Below are positions 46,879 through 57,136 of a DNA stretch of 64,000 nt, in pieces. Location of the stretch: IMG/VR virus record IMGVR_UViG_3300046791_000283, positions 1 to 64,000 of that record, one strand, 5' to 3'. Under the pieces are notes generated by a model, which was given only the letters and a program-made list of their open reading frames with translations, ran no database searches and had not been told where the DNA came from. Source of the DNA: a virus (taxonomy: Duplodnaviria > Heunggongvirae > Uroviricota > Caudoviricetes). The position numbers were made by a program, and so were the translations under genes. How positions within the stretch are numbered: the stretch's first letter is position 1; every line of letters starts with the position of its first letter.

Positions 46879-47262
46879 TCATATAGGAGGAGATTCTGGC
46901 TTTTTATCCTCACCCTTGGACTTAATGACCTTAGCGGTTTCCATTACCCCACGAATCCCCAGAGCAACATAGAGAATTATCTCAAGAAAATCCCAGATCT
47001 GATCGGGTATCGGCCACTGAAGAAAATACGCTGTAGTGATCATTAGGGGCCATAACCAGAACCAACCGTATATAATGGCCTCCGGGGCCTCCCAGAAGCC
47101 ATTGTCTCCCTTAAACCCACGGATTAACTCCTTATTCTCACGGAAATGAACGCGCCAATAGACAAGGAAGGTACACATACACCAAATGATAAAGCGCTCC
47201 CATTGCTCGTATGAGTAATGGGCTAAAAAGGCTTTAAAATTTTCAAATATCTGGTGTATCAC
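46879..47262 (-). CDS. membrane protein (lysis-cassette accessory / holin-like)
   Basis: Two or three TM helices; downstream of the endolysin. Confidence 0.45.
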   Translation of the reverse strand: MIHQIFENFKAFLAHYSYEQWERFIIWCMCTFLVYWRVHFRENKELIRGFKGDNGFWEAPEAIIYGWFWLWPLMITTAYFLQWPIPDQIWDFLEIILYVALGIRGVMETAKVIKSKGEDKKPESPPI

Positions 47263-47579
47263 TTCCTGTAGTATTTTTCTATTAGGGCTTCAATAAAGAG
47301 ATCAATGTTAAACTTGTAAATGAGCCAATTCCCAATTTTCTCTCCGGATATCGTAACGAGTGCAATCATTAGGGGAACCCACTCGTCAGAAAAATTATTG
47401 ATTACCAAACCAGAGAACAGATAAGCTGAGCCAACTCCTATGACAATCGATGTGATCACATTGAATAGTGTCATTGGATTCTTTCTACTTGTTATTGCAA
47501 TTTTTATACTCACTGCCACAAGCGCGGGGATTAAAATTTTAATTAACAGAGTCCTTAGTTCTTCTGATAGTTTTTCCAT
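47259..47579 (-). CDS. holin-like membrane protein
   Basis: 106 aa, three TM segments, charged C-terminus. Confidence 0.5.
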   Translation of the reverse strand: MEKLSEELRTLLIKILIPALVAVSIKIAITSRKNPMTLFNVITSIVIGVGSAYLFSGLVINNFSDEWVPLMIALVTISGEKIGNWLIYKFNIDLFIEALIEKYYRK

Positions 47580-47898
47580 AGATGATAACCGATACGATTA
47601 TACTTAAAATAACTAAAATAATGTCACTGTATACGTAGTTGGCTATTTGGAAAAAAGCCTTATCAATGAAACTCCCTGCTGTTATCATCATCATAAAGCA
47701 AGCCACTGCCCTCTCTACTCCTGACCAAGATTTAAACAGAACTAGGGAAATGCAGAAGAACATTGCATCGTACAAAATCCCTCTGGTTCTCCAGAAGGCT
47801 ATGTAGTCAGCGTAAACTGTGGTGTCATAGATTTCATTGAGTACAATGGAATTTAGAAACCACAGTAGCACAAAAGCAATTAAGACCATTAGTCTCAT
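47539..47898 (-). CDS. holin-like membrane protein
   Basis: 119 aa, multiple TM segments. Confidence 0.5.
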   Translation of the reverse strand: MRLMVLIAFVLLWFLNSIVLNEIYDTTVYADYIAFWRTRGILYDAMFFCISLVLFKSWSGVERAVACFMMMITAGSFIDKAFFQIANYVYSDIILVILSIIVSVIIYGKTIRRTKDSVN

Positions 47899-48002
47899 GG
47901 CTTCGGTGGGGGCGGTGGTGGTGGATCGGGATTCGTGGATTCGGTCGTAGCCTTCTTCAGAGGCTTCTTAACCTTTGGTTTCTTCTCCTTTTTCTTGGAC
48001 AT
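47895..48002 (-). CDS. 35-aa basic Pro-rich micro-ORF (MSKKKEKKPKVKKPLKKATTESTNPDPPPPPPPKP), ATGA-coupled to the downstream holin-like gene
   Basis: Found by manual translation; too short for the ORF track. Confidence 0.25.
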   Translation of the reverse strand: MSKKKEKKPKVKKPLKKATTESTNPDPPPPPPPKP

Positions 48003-48020
48003 AATGTTGATGTTTTAAGC

Positions 48021-48737
48021 TTACGCTAACGATTTCAACATCTCTATCAATTCTGGCTGCGGGTGACAATCTGCTTTGTCCGGACGATATGAGGTGTGCG
48101 TAAAGATACCCGGTTCACCGGACAATGCGCGCTTATTCACATCCCACATTTCCCAATCGTAATCCTTTGGAATATTGTAGGCATTACACCAGAGCTCAAG
48201 GAGTTGCGCAGTACTCCGGATTTGAGCATCAGAATATTTATGATAATACAGGGCTGGCTTACCAACCAAGTGGTGTTGATTAAAAAATGTAGAATCCGGA
48301 TACTTCTTGTATCCCTCTGGATACCTAGTTACCTCATCCTCTGGTACCAAGGTGCCAACATAGGAATAGAACTTACCATCCACGAGGGCCAATGGGCCCC
48401 ACGCATCAATTTCAATTCCTATACAGTGCTTATTCAATTCAGTGTTACGGCTGGGTAGGCCAGCATCTTCAAAAACGTTGGCCTTAATACCAAGGTGGTG
48501 ACCCCAGTACTTACTTTGAAACAGTTGAAATATAGTGCCCTCGGTTCCAATGATAACCGGTGTAGCCACGCGTTCCGCATTACTTAACCAGTGGCGGAAA
48601 TCCCCTGTGGCTCCTCGGCCGCTAGCCGTATGATGAAGACATATCTGCTTCTTAGTGGTCTCCTCCTTGTAGTATTGCTCATCTGGAAACACCAGTGATT
48701 TATCAATTGTGTTAAGATCTAAGGCTGGGTATTTCAT
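48021..48737 (-). CDS. endolysin, N-acetylmuramoyl-L-alanine amidase (Amidase_2/PGRP)
   Basis: CLHHTAS and THTSYRPDKADCHP are zinc-ligand motifs of T7-lysozyme-like amidases. Confidence 0.7.
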   Translation of the reverse strand: MKYPALDLNTIDKSLVFPDEQYYKEETTKKQICLHHTASGRGATGDFRHWLSNAERVATPVIIGTEGTIFQLFQSKYWGHHLGIKANVFEDAGLPSRNTELNKHCIGIEIDAWGPLALVDGKFYSYVGTLVPEDEVTRYPEGYKKYPDSTFFNQHHLVGKPALYYHKYSDAQIRSTAQLLELWCNAYNIPKDYDWEMWDVNKRALSGEPGIFTHTSYRPDKADCHPQPELIEMLKSLA

Positions 48738-48755
48738 ACACTTGGGTTTAACGGA

Positions 48756-51700
48756 TTAAAGATACACTATTGCTTCAAGTTCGCGTATACTCCGGAATAT
48801 CTGATTTCTAGTCTGGATGGCCTCGGCTTCCTGCTCTCCTTCAACCTGATCACTATAATCCTGCATCAAAGCCTCAATTTCACCTATGGAATCGTTTATT
48901 TCGTATAAACGATCGGCCTCCTCCTGTGAATATTCTATCCGCTCCTCCTCAAGGGCTTTAATTTTCTGCTGATTTTCCTTCTTAATTTCATAGTAGAATT
49001 GCACCTGGCGAGAGGCCTCAAAGTACAATTCCTTGGTGAAGATATCGCCAAAGCCATACGCACCCTCCTTACCAGTCACATATTTAACCGCCCGACCAAA
49101 CGTCCCCTCCAGGAAGTGATCTATTTTCTTTGGGCTCCATCCCAGCTTTTCACCCATGAATACCGCTACCGTACTTGTGTACTTGTTGTACCGTAGCTCT
49201 GGAGGCAAGGAAAGATCTTTCTGCGACTCTATTGGACGTACGGTCGGATAGGTCTTTTGACCCGTGGCCACCTCCACCGATGGCTTAACCGCCTGTGGTA
49301 GGTAGGAGAATAGCATCTGATATCCTGCGAACGGATTGGCCTGGGTTGGTAAGAATGATAAACTCGCTTGCCCATACTCACTCCATTTGTAATCGGTTTG
49401 ACCAGCATTCTCAATCAACATCATATTCAACATACTACTTAACCAAGCAAGTTGATCTGGAATGCGAATTTGAACTAGTCTCTTCTTACTGTATGGGTTC
49501 GGAAGAAACAAATACTTACTCATGGTCTCCGGAGGGATGGCTTTGATCAATTGCTTTTGCTCATCATCATCATCCATACCCAATAGATATAATACCGATC
49601 CAACCGATGCCGCTGTAATCGAAAACACTGCAACAGCAAACCGAATCCTACCCTCCTTGGTCTGTAGTGCATTACGATTCTGAATCAACACCTGTAACGA
49701 TGAATTGAAGTATGGTAAACTCCTAACATACGATTGTCCAATTTTACCACCGAGCCTGCCCGTATGATGGAATGGTGCCGATACCCTACCGGCTTCTTCA
49801 AGCGCTACAGCCTGGTGCTTCCCAGCCTTACGCGCACGAATGTATTCGGTTCCCCTGGTGAATATTTCCGAAGCATTTCCCGGAGTGCTCATAACCTTTG
49901 CAATAAAATCAAAGAACCCAGCCAGGCGGTCGGTCCACTGTTTCTTATTACCCAGAATAACATCGTTAAGATTTTGTGTCGATGCAACATCGGCACTCAA
50001 GAACGTCTGCGATGTACCGGCCAAGAACATATACTCCTTCAGGTAAGCCGCTTCAACCGATCCCTTACTCAGGATGGCCTTACCCATTTCAATCGATGAG
50101 GTTACGAAGGGAAACATTCCATTGCGTGTGTTAACCGATGCGATAGCCTGGTCAAGGAAAATGTTGTTAGCAAAGAATTGCCAGAATAGTCCGGTCGTAC
50201 CGGCACGGAATACCTGGGCCATGGAGACCCCGACCTTTTCAATTAAGTGGTGATTGTGATACGAATAGTTCTCATCCAGCACGGCTTTCATTTGAGCGTT
50301 AGCCAAAATGGGCACGCGCTTGCCATCCTTACGAGCCATAATGATATTCGGATCCTTCTCCTGTGGATAACGATTCCTTGGATCCTCCGACACCTCCAAT
50401 GGTACAACCTGGAATACTGGTGCCAGGTCTTTCTCATTCGCCTCCACCATGCCCAATATCTTATTATACACCATCTGCTTCATCCCTTTGTTAAGCATTT
50501 CGGTGTGTGCAACCATGGAACTCATCAACGGACTGATAATGGCCTTCTCACTACCACGTCTGGACATAAACTGGCTAGCCTTTGTTTTACCTGATTGACG
50601 AATCTTTGGTATATCGTTCTCCCCAACGATTTCATCGTAGAAAGCACGCTTCAATGGAGTGTATCCCTTCTTAGCTGATAGTCGACTGTACGCTGTATCA
50701 TCGATCATTTGAACCAATGGGTTCACAGCAAAGTCAAGATTCTCCCGAGTAAGCTTATCGTACATCTTCACCTCTTCTTCAAATAAACGATTACCCTCAG
50801 TGAATGCCTCCTCGGATTCCTTCTCACTCACACCTTCCTTTTTAAGCAATGCCTCCATATCCGCGATATCCTTCTTTAATTGTTCGGACTGTATCCGCGC
50901 AAATGTTTCGGCTTGCTGCTGCGAGATACTCATGGACTTCATTATGTCGGCCACATAGGTTGGAGCCTGTACTTTAGCCAGTTCGGCTTCAAGTCGGTGC
51001 TGCTCATCGTAATCGTATTTGATTCGTCTGCCATACAGGTAAGCATCGAACTCATCGAGCATACCACGTTTCTCCAATCCGTTTACTATGGTGTAAAAAT
51101 TGAAATCGTGCTTCTTGAAGAACTCACCCGTAGGGCTCATGGAATAAAACTTCTGAGCTTTCGATGAAATGTTCTTCTGGGCCATCTGCAAATAATTATT
51201 CGATAGCCTTATAAATATCGATACGTCTTCCTGTGTGAAGTGAGTCCCATGGATCTTCGCAAGTTTCTCATACGGATAAAGAGAATCGAACAATGTTTTT
51301 GTGATCTGATCGGACTTACTTAAGAAGGGTGCGGTTTCCCCGAGATCCTCTGCGCTCTCATTCACAATCCGTGCACTCATCTTAGCCAATGGATCTAATG
51401 ATTGATAGGTCTGAATGACCTTATCCACATCCTTCATAAACTCCTCTACCTGCGGAACATAATACTTTCCTCCGGGTTCAAGGAATTCCTTAACCAATTC
51501 TGGGAAATCCTTCCGGATCTCTGCCGGTTGTTCCAGGTACTTCTGAACCAATGTCGCATACCCCTCAACCATTCTTCGATATAGATCGTGACCCGGCTGA
51601 GCTTTTGGATAATACTTCAGATACAAATTAGTTAGCTGCTGACGGAACGGATCCGCAGCCTGAGTATTCTTTATAAAATCACTCACCACACTATTCTGCT

Positions 51701-54700
51701 TATCCAACGCATGTGTAAGCTCGTGCATTACCACGCTGAGTGAATTCAACCCTTTAACGCGCACGTTAGTTGATCCACGATAGAATACACCGAGGTTTCC
51801 ACGACCGGTTTTATCCTGACCCAGTGTGGCATCCGGATTATACTTCTTAGCCAATTCTATAGCCTTCCGATAGAGTTTAATCGGGATCGGTTGTGGTTCG
51901 ATGGCTCTGCCTTCGAATTCACCGATAGGTGCCGCACCTTTTGAAGCATCTGAAGTCTGAGCAAAGAAATCAGGTTCCTTGATCTCTTCCTCGGGTACCG
52001 CTGCCGGTGGGGTCTCATCCGATGGAATCTTTTCTTCCGGGGTCCTACGGACCGCTCCAACTGGAGTGGTATCTGTAGCTGTCTCAGTTTTCTTACCAAT
52101 CGGTGCTACCGGAGTGAATAGTCCGAATTGTTGTTTATCACCTTCTTTGGCTCTTTGAATATCAGTAGTGAGTTTCACCAACTGATTGTTAAGATTTTTT
52201 AATTGCCCTTCGATCTCCTGGAGACGCGATGGCTGCGGGGGATCCTTCTTATTGAACCTCTCCTTCTCAAGTGCTTGGATTTCCTTCTTAACCTGGTCGT
52301 ACTCATCTACCATCTGGGACTCATTAAATCCACGGGTCGTACGGTTCTCAAGGTTTAAAGGCTGATTTGGATCAGCCAAGAAAGAAACGTTATTAACAAC
52401 ACTGTCAAGGCGATCAATAAAATCCGCCCGGGTCGTAAGTTTCTTACCTGTTCCATTGACTAAATATTCATGTAGTTCGTTTTCCTGTGAATCGGTCAGC
52501 TGGGGAAAACGCTTACGCGCTTCTCCAATAAATTCTCCGACCTGCATTACTCGGCCCTGACCCTCTGTGGTTTCAGACTTCTGCACCGCCTTAATCATAT
52601 CCCGGGTCTGTCCACCCTTCTTCAAATAACTAAATAGGACCTCACGTTTAGTTGTGCTGAGCTTCTTTTTCACTTCCGATTCACTCATACCCTCCGATCT
52701 ACGCTTGGCTATAAGCTTAGCGCGATCCAAAACAGTTTCTTGGGTTGCAGCCTTATTCGATCGTTCGGTTGCAAATGCGATCGCATCGGCCTCACTCTTA
52801 CTCGAAGCGTCTACAGCATCAATGGTTTTGAAGTTTTCAAACCCCTGTGCACGCATCTTCTCCATGGCCGCCTCAGGTATTTCCCCAGCCTCCAATTTCT
52901 TCTGTAGTTCACGGAAGGCCTCGGTACGTGAGTGACCGGCTAACACATAGGTTTTATCGTTCTTAGGATCCGTCCAAGTGCGTACGGGATCGAACTCGGT
53001 TACATCGAATTTACCCTCCATAACCGCGTCAACGATCTTCTGCACGCTTTCCTTCGAATAGTCCTCCTCACGGGCTTGGAATCGCTCCAAATCAACGTTG
53101 ATATCCTCTACGGGTTTAGCCTCAACCCTTACCCTTGCTTTCGGTGCGACCTTAGCTTGCTCTGTTTTACTTTCTCCGGGAGGGCCTTGAGATTCTGTTG
53201 ATACTCCTTCGCCCACCGGTGCGCTAGTTCCGGCTTCTTCAGAAACAGGAACCTCTGCTGGGATTTGCTCTTGAATGGCATCTTCTACTGGTTTAGTTTC
53301 CGGTGTTACCGCTGCCGGTGGTGCCTGTATCTCCTCCGCCTTCGGTAAAACCTCGTCTTCAATAAATTTCTTAATTTCTTCCTTTGGCCTGGTGTCACCA
53401 TACTTCGTAGCAACATCGGCCACACTGTCTACAAAGTTTTCATACGATTGCTTATCCTCAGGCACGCTGGTTTTCTTCAATCGGTTAAGAAAATTAGCTT
53501 TTGATAAAGCCGTTGCTCCCTGGCCAGCTGCCGATATCCCGGCCCCACCAATAGCTCCAGCGATACCCTCATCGATCGCTTGTAACCAATCGATATTCTG
53601 AACAGCCTCAGTGGTACCGAGTCCGGTCATTTTACCAACAGCGGTTTGCTGCAGCGCTGACTGTGTGGATTCAGTTAACAATTCAACCCCACCGGCTTCA
53701 CTTGACTTTCTTATCCAGCTGAGTGCGCGATCACGTAGATCCCTACGGAATCCCTTTATACCTATAGAACCAGCCACCTTACCCGCACCCACACTATCCA
53801 GTGCCCCCTGAATGATACCAAAGTTCCGTGCGATTACCGGTTCATCCATATCCTTCCTGATAACCTCCTCGGGAGTCATTTTATTTTGATTCGCGATCTC
53901 CGTTACACCATCGAGATAGTTATTACCAACCTCCTGGAGATACGATGTGGTTCCCCTACTATAAATCGATGGAATGATTTGAGCCGCTCCCTGTCCAACG
54001 GATGAGAATACAAAATCAATTACATCCAGTGGCTTCTTAATTTGCGAAATGCTTTGAATTAGATTCTTATCATTAGCAATTAACATGGGGACTCCGTTCA
54101 TGCCCGGTACCATGTGAATAGGAGCCTTTCTCCATTCCTGGGCCCAGTCGAATACGGCTACCCTGGCATTATCAACATGCTCGTTAACCGTCTCTTTAGC
54201 ACCTGGTATCTGCGAAACAGCCTTCTTAAACTGACTGACCACACCGGGTTTATACCATGGTCTATTTTCGTCCTCAGGCTTGATTTTAAGATCAGCTAAG
54301 ATATTTGATATGGTTGCACCGGTGGAGGCGGGCAATTCGAAGCCAAGTGTTTTCGTAACGGCCTTACCAAAGGAACCGAATATACGATCCGTGATATCCT
54401 TATTATCCTGAATAGCTTTCGTCCGCATAATCTGATCATACGATTGCCCAGTCAATAATTTGGATAGATCATCCGTATCAACATCTATATCCATTGGAAT
54501 TAATACCCCTTGATCAACAAGTTTTGCTTTATCGGGATTATTTTGCTTGAAAACTTCATTCCTGATTTCTTGAATCTTCTTATCATCCAATCCAAGTGTT
54601 TCAAATAATTTTTCCTGACGAGCACTATTGAATTCAAGATATTGATCACGCTGATCTTTAGCTAGAGTTTGAAGAGATTGTATCTGTTTATACTTCTTAT

Positions 54701-55313
54701 TCCCAGCTGCCAACGCATTATTATACTCACCGACTAATCCTTGATATTGTTTTACTTTTTCGTAATCAGTGAAAGTATCGGGGTTGTTTTCATTTAATGA
54801 TTTTTCTAAATCTTTCAACGATTGATGTTCCAGATTGTAATCGTGTAACATCTTATTGTATTGAACAACATTCAAATTATGTCGATCAACCTGATTCTGA
54901 TCTTTAGTATTCACTTTAGCCTCATCAAGAGTCTTTTTATATGAAGAAATTTCTTTCTCACGACCCTTAATATTTTCTAACGACTCATTGTATTTAGAAA
55001 GTGATTCATTGTACTGTTTAAGCTTACTTGGATCGGTAAAATTTGATGGATCTATACCACCTAAGGTACCCTCAATAGATCTAACTTTAGTTACATCTTG
55101 TTCGTAACCTTTAATAAGCTCGTCTAATTGAGTAAGTGATTTTTTATATTCAAGTGCCGGGGACGTGGGCTCTCCAATAGTCGAGGAATCTACTCCATCG
55201 ACTTTTTTTTTTAATGGTTCTTCACCCTCTGGTACGAAATCAATAGTCTTACCAGTCTTAGGTTTATCGTCCTCTATGGGTGTGAAGTCAATATTTTTTA
55301 ATTTCTTTCCCAT
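48756..55313 (-). CDS. 2185-aa polyvalent protein with ParB-like and zincin HExxH domains
   Basis: ParB/Srx motif VLAGHSRTEAFREL at about 52930-52950; HExxH VVMHELTHALD at about 51710-51740; K/E-rich coiled-coil N-terminus; TM helix near the C-terminus. Confidence 0.8.
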   Translation of the reverse strand: MGKKLKNIDFTPIEDDKPKTGKTIDFVPEGEEPLKKKVDGVDSSTIGEPTSPALEYKKSLTQLDELIKGYEQDVTKVRSIEGTLGGIDPSNFTDPSKLKQYNESLSKYNESLENIKGREKEISSYKKTLDEAKVNTKDQNQVDRHNLNVVQYNKMLHDYNLEHQSLKDLEKSLNENNPDTFTDYEKVKQYQGLVGEYNNALAAGNKKYKQIQSLQTLAKDQRDQYLEFNSARQEKLFETLGLDDKKIQEIRNEVFKQNNPDKAKLVDQGVLIPMDIDVDTDDLSKLLTGQSYDQIMRTKAIQDNKDITDRIFGSFGKAVTKTLGFELPASTGATISNILADLKIKPEDENRPWYKPGVVSQFKKAVSQIPGAKETVNEHVDNARVAVFDWAQEWRKAPIHMVPGMNGVPMLIANDKNLIQSISQIKKPLDVIDFVFSSVGQGAAQIIPSIYSRGTTSYLQEVGNNYLDGVTEIANQNKMTPEEVIRKDMDEPVIARNFGIIQGALDSVGAGKVAGSIGIKGFRRDLRDRALSWIRKSSEAGGVELLTESTQSALQQTAVGKMTGLGTTEAVQNIDWLQAIDEGIAGAIGGAGISAAGQGATALSKANFLNRLKKTSVPEDKQSYENFVDSVADVATKYGDTRPKEEIKKFIEDEVLPKAEEIQAPPAAVTPETKPVEDAIQEQIPAEVPVSEEAGTSAPVGEGVSTESQGPPGESKTEQAKVAPKARVRVEAKPVEDINVDLERFQAREEDYSKESVQKIVDAVMEGKFDVTEFDPVRTWTDPKNDKTYVLAGHSRTEAFRELQKKLEAGEIPEAAMEKMRAQGFENFKTIDAVDASSKSEADAIAFATERSNKAATQETVLDRAKLIAKRRSEGMSESEVKKKLSTTKREVLFSYLKKGGQTRDMIKAVQKSETTEGQGRVMQVGEFIGEARKRFPQLTDSQENELHEYLVNGTGKKLTTRADFIDRLDSVVNNVSFLADPNQPLNLENRTTRGFNESQMVDEYDQVKKEIQALEKERFNKKDPPQPSRLQEIEGQLKNLNNQLVKLTTDIQRAKEGDKQQFGLFTPVAPIGKKTETATDTTPVGAVRRTPEEKIPSDETPPAAVPEEEIKEPDFFAQTSDASKGAAPIGEFEGRAIEPQPIPIKLYRKAIELAKKYNPDATLGQDKTGRGNLGVFYRGSTNVRVKGLNSLSVVMHELTHALDKQNSVVSDFIKNTQAADPFRQQLTNLYLKYYPKAQPGHDLYRRMVEGYATLVQKYLEQPAEIRKDFPELVKEFLEPGGKYYVPQVEEFMKDVDKVIQTYQSLDPLAKMSARIVNESAEDLGETAPFLSKSDQITKTLFDSLYPYEKLAKIHGTHFTQEDVSIFIRLSNNYLQMAQKNISSKAQKFYSMSPTGEFFKKHDFNFYTIVNGLEKRGMLDEFDAYLYGRRIKYDYDEQHRLEAELAKVQAPTYVADIMKSMSISQQQAETFARIQSEQLKKDIADMEALLKKEGVSEKESEEAFTEGNRLFEEEVKMYDKLTRENLDFAVNPLVQMIDDTAYSRLSAKKGYTPLKRAFYDEIVGENDIPKIRQSGKTKASQFMSRRGSEKAIISPLMSSMVAHTEMLNKGMKQMVYNKILGMVEANEKDLAPVFQVVPLEVSEDPRNRYPQEKDPNIIMARKDGKRVPILANAQMKAVLDENYSYHNHHLIEKVGVSMAQVFRAGTTGLFWQFFANNIFLDQAIASVNTRNGMFPFVTSSIEMGKAILSKGSVEAAYLKEYMFLAGTSQTFLSADVASTQNLNDVILGNKKQWTDRLAGFFDFIAKVMSTPGNASEIFTRGTEYIRARKAGKHQAVALEEAGRVSAPFHHTGRLGGKIGQSYVRSLPYFNSSLQVLIQNRNALQTKEGRIRFAVAVFSITAASVGSVLYLLGMDDDDEQKQLIKAIPPETMSKYLFLPNPYSKKRLVQIRIPDQLAWLSSMLNMMLIENAGQTDYKWSEYGQASLSFLPTQANPFAGYQMLFSYLPQAVKPSVEVATGQKTYPTVRPIESQKDLSLPPELRYNKYTSTVAVFMGEKLGWSPKKIDHFLEGTFGRAVKYVTGKEGAYGFGDIFTKELYFEASRQVQFYYEIKKENQQKIKALEEERIEYSQEEADRLYEINDSIGEIEALMQDYSDQVEGEQEAEAIQTRNQIFRSIRELEAIVYL

Positions 55314-57133
55314 TAATCCACTTGTTCAAATCCTTGCTTGAGAGCTTCATCGAGTTGATCCGCTGGAATGTGACCAATCTTACCGTCCTTATTACGAACT
55401 TTTATTTTGCCATCTGGAGAAGCAGCGGATTTCTTTTTAGTTGATAAACCCTTGTATACATCGGCAAGTTCACCACGTTCAGCGTTAATGGTACCATAGG
55501 TTCCATCCTTATACTTCACATCCCAACCTTTGAACGTACCACCACCCATACCCAACACACCACTACCACTACCAAATACACCCGGTTCAACGTTTGGCTT
55601 AGCATCCTCTATTTCCTTGCCGTTATGAATCTTACCAACAAATTCTTCAGCCCCCTCACCCTTCAGCCATTTATTGTCAACGGTTTCATTCTCCATTGCT
55701 TTCAACTGCTCATTCACTTGAGCCATTCCCTCACGACCCTTATACATTTCCGAAGGATTTACTCCCTTCCAATCGGCCAGTTGATCGAATCCAATGTTAA
55801 ACTTACCTTCTGACTTAGCCTGTTCAAATAATGCGTTCAGCTGAGCCCCAGCACCCTCATCGGATAGGTTGATATCAATTGGCTTGGCTTGACCTCTGGT
55901 ACCAAACTTAACTTTAAACACAACCCGATCGCTTGCATTGTTAGGAACATTCATTCCCATAATACTCGTGGAACCTGGTGCGTTGGACCCGGGAACAATG
56001 TCCGCGTCTAATACATCGCCACCCCCGAGTTTTACGTTTTTCTTTAAATATCCAAGAGCCGCGCGGGCCTGTGGATTGGCAGAGGTCATACGGTTGCCAT
56101 CCGGATCATAGAACGCATTCACAACATTGTGTATGTTTTCCCAACGTCTGGTTGCCTGAGGAACCTTGTCTGGGCTTATACCACCACGTGCTGCATTCTG
56201 GTAATCCATGAACCATTGCGATGGTGTGCGATAGATCGGGCGTAATTGCTTTTGGAATCCACCCTGTGGTGAAACAAAGGATTCAATGGCCTGTTTAACA
56301 TCCATGCCATTTTGATCCGCATACTTTTGAATGAACCGCTTAGCGTTTTCATTCGATGTAAAGGAGTTAACAAAATCAGGAGTAGCATTGATAATAGGAT
56401 TACCATTCGCATCCTCACGTACACCAGAAGCGGTGGTTTCGTCTGGAGTATACAGAGCTCCCTTCACCTTCACCTCAACATCATCGGCTTCCAGGCCCAT
56501 GTTGGTATTCTTCTGCTTCTTCCAATTGAAAACATTCTCTTTCAGAGAACCCATGAAATCTTTTGTGTACTTACCGATATCAAATCCCATAGGATCTTCG
56601 GTATACACGTTTTCAATTTTATTTACATCGATGTTATCAATTGGTTTTCCGTTTCCGTACGGATCCATGTATTGATCAAAAATCTTTGGATAGTAGTACT
56701 CAGCTTTCAAGTATGGATCCTTCTCAATAAGTGACATCGTTTTGTCAATCTTATCTTTGATGTAAACTCCTCTACGCGCAACATCATTCACTTTTTCCCA
56801 ACCGGCTTGATTTGCCATTAAGAAATTTGGACTCGCTGGATCCCCACCCTTGCCAAGATATTCCATTCCCAACTTACGATGTTGATTAGCGGCCGCCAGT
56901 ACTTGTTCATTGAAAGGTTGAAAGGTTTTCTCCGGGCTGACAGAAATGATCTCCATCATCTTTTTATCCCGTTCTTGTTTCGCTTTAGCTTCTTCAGCCG
57001 ACTTAACCGCTTGGGCTTTGGCTTGAGAAGCACGAATGTTAAAATATCCACGGAGCGGATTGCCATGAAAGACCTGAGCGGCACCAGTGCCCTCAGCACC
57101 TCTAGCGACTACACTTTCTCCTGTTATTGCCAT
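55313..57133 (-). CDS. virion structural protein (hypothetical)
   Basis: 606 aa inside the structural block. Confidence 0.6.
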   Translation of the reverse strand: MAITGESVVARGAEGTGAAQVFHGNPLRGYFNIRASQAKAQAVKSAEEAKAKQERDKKMMEIISVSPEKTFQPFNEQVLAAANQHRKLGMEYLGKGGDPASPNFLMANQAGWEKVNDVARRGVYIKDKIDKTMSLIEKDPYLKAEYYYPKIFDQYMDPYGNGKPIDNIDVNKIENVYTEDPMGFDIGKYTKDFMGSLKENVFNWKKQKNTNMGLEADDVEVKVKGALYTPDETTASGVREDANGNPIINATPDFVNSFTSNENAKRFIQKYADQNGMDVKQAIESFVSPQGGFQKQLRPIYRTPSQWFMDYQNAARGGISPDKVPQATRRWENIHNVVNAFYDPDGNRMTSANPQARAALGYLKKNVKLGGGDVLDADIVPGSNAPGSTSIMGMNVPNNASDRVVFKVKFGTRGQAKPIDINLSDEGAGAQLNALFEQAKSEGKFNIGFDQLADWKGVNPSEMYKGREGMAQVNEQLKAMENETVDNKWLKGEGAEEFVGKIHNGKEIEDAKPNVEPGVFGSGSGVLGMGGGTFKGWDVKYKDGTYGTINAERGELADVYKGLSTKKKSAASPDGKIKVRNKDGKIGHIPADQLDEALKQGFEQVD

Positions 57134-57136
57134 AGA

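Noticed and set aside
49000-55300. Multiple 60-120-aa plus-strand ORFs opposite the 2185-aa gene
   Set aside because: These are antisense shadow ORFs within a long, continuous, motif-bearing minus-strand gene.
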